Of a stretch of 41,537 bases of DNA, positions 38,017 through 41,537 are shown piece by piece (positions within the stretch are counted from its first letter, which is position 1; each line of letters begins with the position of its first letter). The stretch is from assembly GCA_041586695.1 (NCBI GenBank), contig JBFGZP010000001.1, forward strand, positions 1 to 41,537, in the 5' to 3' direction. Under the pieces are notes generated by a model. It saw nothing but the letters and a program-made list of their open reading frames with translations, was not told the origin of the DNA and did no database searches. The position numbers and the translations under genes are program-made. Source of the DNA: Thauera sp. GTDB lineage: Bacteria; Pseudomonadota; Gammaproteobacteria; Burkholderiales; Rhodocyclaceae.

Positions 38017-41000
38017 TCAGTGGCCTGTTGGCGGCAGCGGCGCGAGCAGGGCGGCGATGTCCGCCGCGCCGAATTTCGCCAGGGCGTCGCCGTCCTCCGA
38101 CAGCACGCCAGCGGCCAGCGCGGCCTTGCGTTCCTGCAGCGCGACGATGCGTTCCTCGATGCTGCCGGCGCAAATCAGCTTGAACACGAACACCGGCTTG
38201 TCCTGGCCGATGCGGTGCGCGCGGTCGGTGGCCTGGTTCTCGGCAGCGGGATTCCACCAGGGGTCGTAGTGGATCACGGTGTCGGCGGCGGTGAGGTTGA
38301 GGCCGACGCCACCTGCCTTCAGACTGATCAGGAATACGGGCGCCCGACCCTTCTGGAAGTCTTCGACCGGGATGCGGCGGTCGCGCGTTTCGCCGGTGAG
38401 GCTGACCCAGCCGATCCTGGCGCGCTCGAGCTCGGTCGCGATCAGTGCCAGCATCTGGGTGAACTGCGAGAACACCAGAATGCGCCGGCCCTCGGCGATG
38501 AGCTCCGGCAGCATGTCCATCAGCAGGTCGAGCTTGGCGCGCTCCTTCACCCGCGCCGCGGCGGGGGACTTGAGCAGGCGCGGATCGCAGCACACCTGGC
38601 GCAGCTTCAGCAGCGCGTCGAGGATGACGATCTGGCTGCGGGCGTAGCCCTTGCCGGCGATTTCGGCGCGGATCTTCGCGTCCATCGCCGCGCGCACGGT
38701 CTCGTAGAGGTCGCGCTGGCCGCCTGCTAGACCGACGCTGCGCACGATCACGGTTTTCGGCGGCAGCTCCTTCGCCACGTCTTCCTTGCGCCGGCGCAGG
38801 ATGAAGGGCCGGAGCCGGGCGGCGAGCAGGTCCCGACGCACGGTATCGCCGTTTCGTTCGATCGGCGTGCGCCAGGTCGCGGTGAACTGCTTGTGCGAGC
38901 CGAGAAAGCCCGGCAGCAGGAAGTCGAACTGCGCCCACAATTCGCCGAGATGGTTCTCCAGCGGCGTGCCGGTCAGGCCGAGGCGATGGCGTGCGCGCAG
39001 GCGGCGTATCACCTGCGCGCCCTTGCTGGCGGCGTTCTTGACCGTCTGCGCTTCGTCCAGGATCAGCAGGCTCCATTCGCGCGCCTGCAGGGCTGCGGCG
39101 TCGCGCCACAGCAGGGGGTAGGTGGTGAGGGCGACGTCGACGCCGTCGAGCTCGTCGAAGCGGGCGTGGCGGTCGGCGCCGTGCAGGTTCAGCATCTTAA
39201 GCCCGGGGGCGAAGCGCTCCGCTTCCGTCTCCCAGTTGAACACCAGCGAGGTGGGCAGGATCACCAGCGCGGGCAGGTCGAGGCGGCCGGCGTGCTTTTC
39301 CGTGAGCAGGTGGGCGAGCGCCTGCGCCGTCTTGCCCAGGCCCATGTCGTCGGCGAGGATGCCGGCGAGGTCGTGGCGGACGAGGTGCTGCAGCCAGGCG
39401 AGGCCTTCGAGCTGATAGGGCCGCAGCTCGGCGCGGAAGCCCCTCGGTGTTGCAACCGGCTCGACGCCCTTGCCATCGCGCAGCAGTGCGGCCACCGCGG
39501 CGACGACATCGGCGCTGCGGCCGGGTAGTTCGAGCTCGGCCAGACGCAGGGCATCGAGTCGCGAGATCCGCAGGCGGCCGTCGTCGCGCTCGAACAGGTC
39601 GACGAGCGCACGCACCAGCGGCTTCAGGCGCCCGGCGGGCATGCGCAGGCGGCCGAGCTGCTCGTGGCCGAGGATGATCGATTCGGCGTCGGCGATGTCG
39701 TCGATGCGCCCCGACAGCCAGCGCGGATCCCGCGCGAACAGCTCCGCCAGCAGCGGCGCCAGTGCCACCGGCTTGCCCTCGACCTCGATGCCGGGCGAGA
39801 TGTCGAGCCAGCCGCCATCGGCTTCGTCGACGTCGAGGAACAGCGCTTCGATGTCGATCGCATGGTGGCGGAAGTCGGTGGGCAGCACGATCTGCCAGCC
39901 TTCGGCCTCCAGTTCGGGCAGCAGCTCGGCGGTGAAGGCGGGCCAGGCCTCCTCGCTGGCGAGTCCGAGCGCGCCGGCCGGCAGTGCCTTGTCGCGCGCG
40001 TGCACCCGGCCGGGCGGAACGCGGCTCAGGCCCGCTTTCGCCAGCCGGCGCGAGGCCATGCCTTCGGCGAGGGTGTCGCGCTCGAGCCGCGCCGTGCGGC
40101 CGTCAGGCAGGGGATGGAACAGGGCGCCGTCGTCAGCCTCGACCGTGAGCGGGCCGTAACGAAACGCCAGCGTGGCGTAGTCGAAGCGGTCGGTGCCGTG
40201 AGGCAGGTAGTCGCGGTAGCTGGCGCGGCTAACGCGCACCGTGAATAGACGCAGCACCGGCTGCGGTGGCCCGGTCAGTTTCAGCGCGGGCTCGCCGCCG
40301 CGCGTGGGTGCCGGCAGCTCGGGCGCGAGCTCGGTGAGGGCGTCGGTGACGAACTCGGCCTCGACCTGCGTCAACGGTGGCAGCAACAGCATGCGACGGA
40401 CGAGTTCGGCCGGAACCTCGAAGTCGATCGGCCCGGCGAGGCCGGTCGCGGTGTCGACATACCAGGGCGGCAGCACCGGCAACACGACGTCGGCCGCAGG
40501 CTCCAGCCGCACCGTCGGCGCACGCCGACCGTCGGCGGTGATGGACCACGCCGGGGTGCCGCGGCGCGACTCACCGGGTCGCAGCGGCGGCGCGCTGAAA
40601 GTGTCGAAACCTGCCCGGCCGCTCGCGACCAGGTCGCGCAGCAGCTCGGCGGCATTGCGTCCGTCGAGCGGCAGGCCGGGCACATGCGGGCGAACGCGCG
40701 GCCGATGCGCCGACAGCAGGCGCAGGATCTCGAGGTCGGTGTCGTCGATGAAGGCGGGCGGAACTTCGAGGGCGCGCTCGATGTTGTCCCAGCGCTCGGT
40801 CTGGCGGATCTGGCCCTGCTTGTCGAGTCGCGCCTTGAAGCAGCTCACCAGGTATTCGGGCGAATACGGCGGGCGGTGAATCAGGTAGCGCAACGCGTGC
40901 GTGCTGCTCGGTTTTCTCGTCGCGCCTGTCGTGGCGGCCTTGTCCCCCGCCTCGTTGCGCAAGGCCTCGACCCAGGCCAGCACCTGCTCTCGCGGCCGGC

Positions 41001-41295
41001 TCGTGTCCCTGCGCTCGCGCAACCACAGCAGCATCGTCGCCGCGACGTGCTTGCAGCGCCGGCCGACCGGGCAGGTGCAGGCGGAAAACAGCGCCCGGCC
41101 CTCGGCCGGCGTGTCGATGAGCTCGACCTGAACGCTGTAGGGCGTGCGCTGCGTGCCGCGTACCCGCGCGTGGACGCTGCTTGCGTCGCTCACGAGGTCG
41201 GTGACGCGGGGCAGGTAGGCAAGGCCCTTGGCGATTTCGTTCGGGCCGAGCCAGGCGATGAGCTCGGATTCGGTGAGGCTGTCGAGAGGCGTCAT
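38017..41295 (-). CDS. SWIM zinc finger-SNF2 family helicase/ATPase
   Basis: CTCPVGRRCKH (SWIM), LRPYQ, LADDMGLGKT, LDEAQ, TGTPLEN, SLKAGGVGLNL and QATDRAHRIGQ. Confidence 0.93.
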   Translation of the reverse strand: MTPLDSLTESELIAWLGPNEIAKGLAYLPRVTDLVSDASSVHARVRGTQRTPYSVQVELIDTPAEGRALFSACTCPVGRRCKHVAATMLLWLRERRDTSRPREQVLAWVEALRNEAGDKAATTGATRKPSSTHALRYLIHRPPYSPEYLVSCFKARLDKQGQIRQTERWDNIERALEVPPAFIDDTDLEILRLLSAHRPRVRPHVPGLPLDGRNAAELLRDLVASGRAGFDTFSAPPLRPGESRRGTPAWSITADGRRAPTVRLEPAADVVLPVLPPWYVDTATGLAGPIDFEVPAELVRRMLLLPPLTQVEAEFVTDALTELAPELPAPTRGGEPALKLTGPPQPVLRLFTVRVSRASYRDYLPHGTDRFDYATLAFRYGPLTVEADDGALFHPLPDGRTARLERDTLAEGMASRRLAKAGLSRVPPGRVHARDKALPAGALGLASEEAWPAFTAELLPELEAEGWQIVLPTDFRHHAIDIEALFLDVDEADGGWLDISPGIEVEGKPVALAPLLAELFARDPRWLSGRIDDIADAESIILGHEQLGRLRMPAGRLKPLVRALVDLFERDDGRLRISRLDALRLAELELPGRSADVVAAVAALLRDGKGVEPVATPRGFRAELRPYQLEGLAWLQHLVRHDLAGILADDMGLGKTAQALAHLLTEKHAGRLDLPALVILPTSLVFNWETEAERFAPGLKMLNLHGADRHARFDELDGVDVALTTYPLLWRDAAALQAREWSLLILDEAQTVKNAASKGAQVIRRLRARHRLGLTGTPLENHLGELWAQFDFLLPGFLGSHKQFTATWRTPIERNGDTVRRDLLAARLRPFILRRRKEDVAKELPPKTVIVRSVGLAGGQRDLYETVRAAMDAKIRAEIAGKGYARSQIVILDALLKLRQVCCDPRLLKSPAAARVKERAKLDLLMDMLPELIAEGRRILVFSQFTQMLALIATELERARIGWVSLTGETRDRRIPVEDFQKGRAPVFLISLKAGGVGLNLTAADTVIHYDPWWNPAAENQATDRAHRIGQDKPVFVFKLICAGSIEERIVALQERKAALAAGVLSEDGDALAKFGAADIAALLAPLPPTGH

Positions 41296-41323
41296 GCAGC
41301 GATTCGAAGGGGTTCGTGACAAC

Positions 41324-41347
41324 GAAAAACCCCGCCGTGGCGGGGTT
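41324..41347 (-). terminator. Intrinsic terminator after thiC
   Basis: Minus strand AACCCCGCC-AC-GGCGGGGTT then TTTC; a second GC hairpin lies at 41350-41373. Confidence 0.75.
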
Positions 41348-41392
41348 CGCGCCCGGCGCGGCGGCGCCGGGCGAATGCTGGCTCAGGCCTGC

Positions 41393-41537
<145 letters not shown>

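Overview
High-GC betaproteobacterial chromosome segment; the gene order suggests Rhodocyclales such as Thauera/Azoarcus (inference). It is almost entirely core genes. In order: the 3' part of an aa3-type cytochrome c oxidase operon with assembly and heme A/O genes (1-7595), rpoH with a perfect CIRCE, a porin, ampD, an SLT lytic transglycosylase, a PLP aminotransferase, divergent pckG/maeB, a patatin, pbpG, an IclR regulator, a group-2 Mrp (Pha) cation/H+ antiporter operon, a pseudouridine synthase, two small Cys-containing proteins, a MacAB-like ABC system behind glnS, mscS-crcB, an OmpA lipoprotein, a SWIM-SNF2 helicase and the 3' end of thiC. I found no tRNA, rRNA, CRISPR array, IS element, prophage or recognisable new multi-gene system. 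The best leads are non-coding or tiny: (1) a riboswitch-like leader with alternative SD pairings ahead of the Mrp operon; (2) a ~270-nt structured leader with a 16-codon uORF ahead of the lytic transglycosylase; (3) an FNR/Dnr-like box upstream of an uncharacterised 90-aa Cys/His-rich protein; (4) a sigmaE-like promoter overlapping the CIRCE at rpoH; (5) a 13-bp sequence shared upstream of the porin and OmpA-family genes. All RNA structures and promoters were read by eye, not computed.
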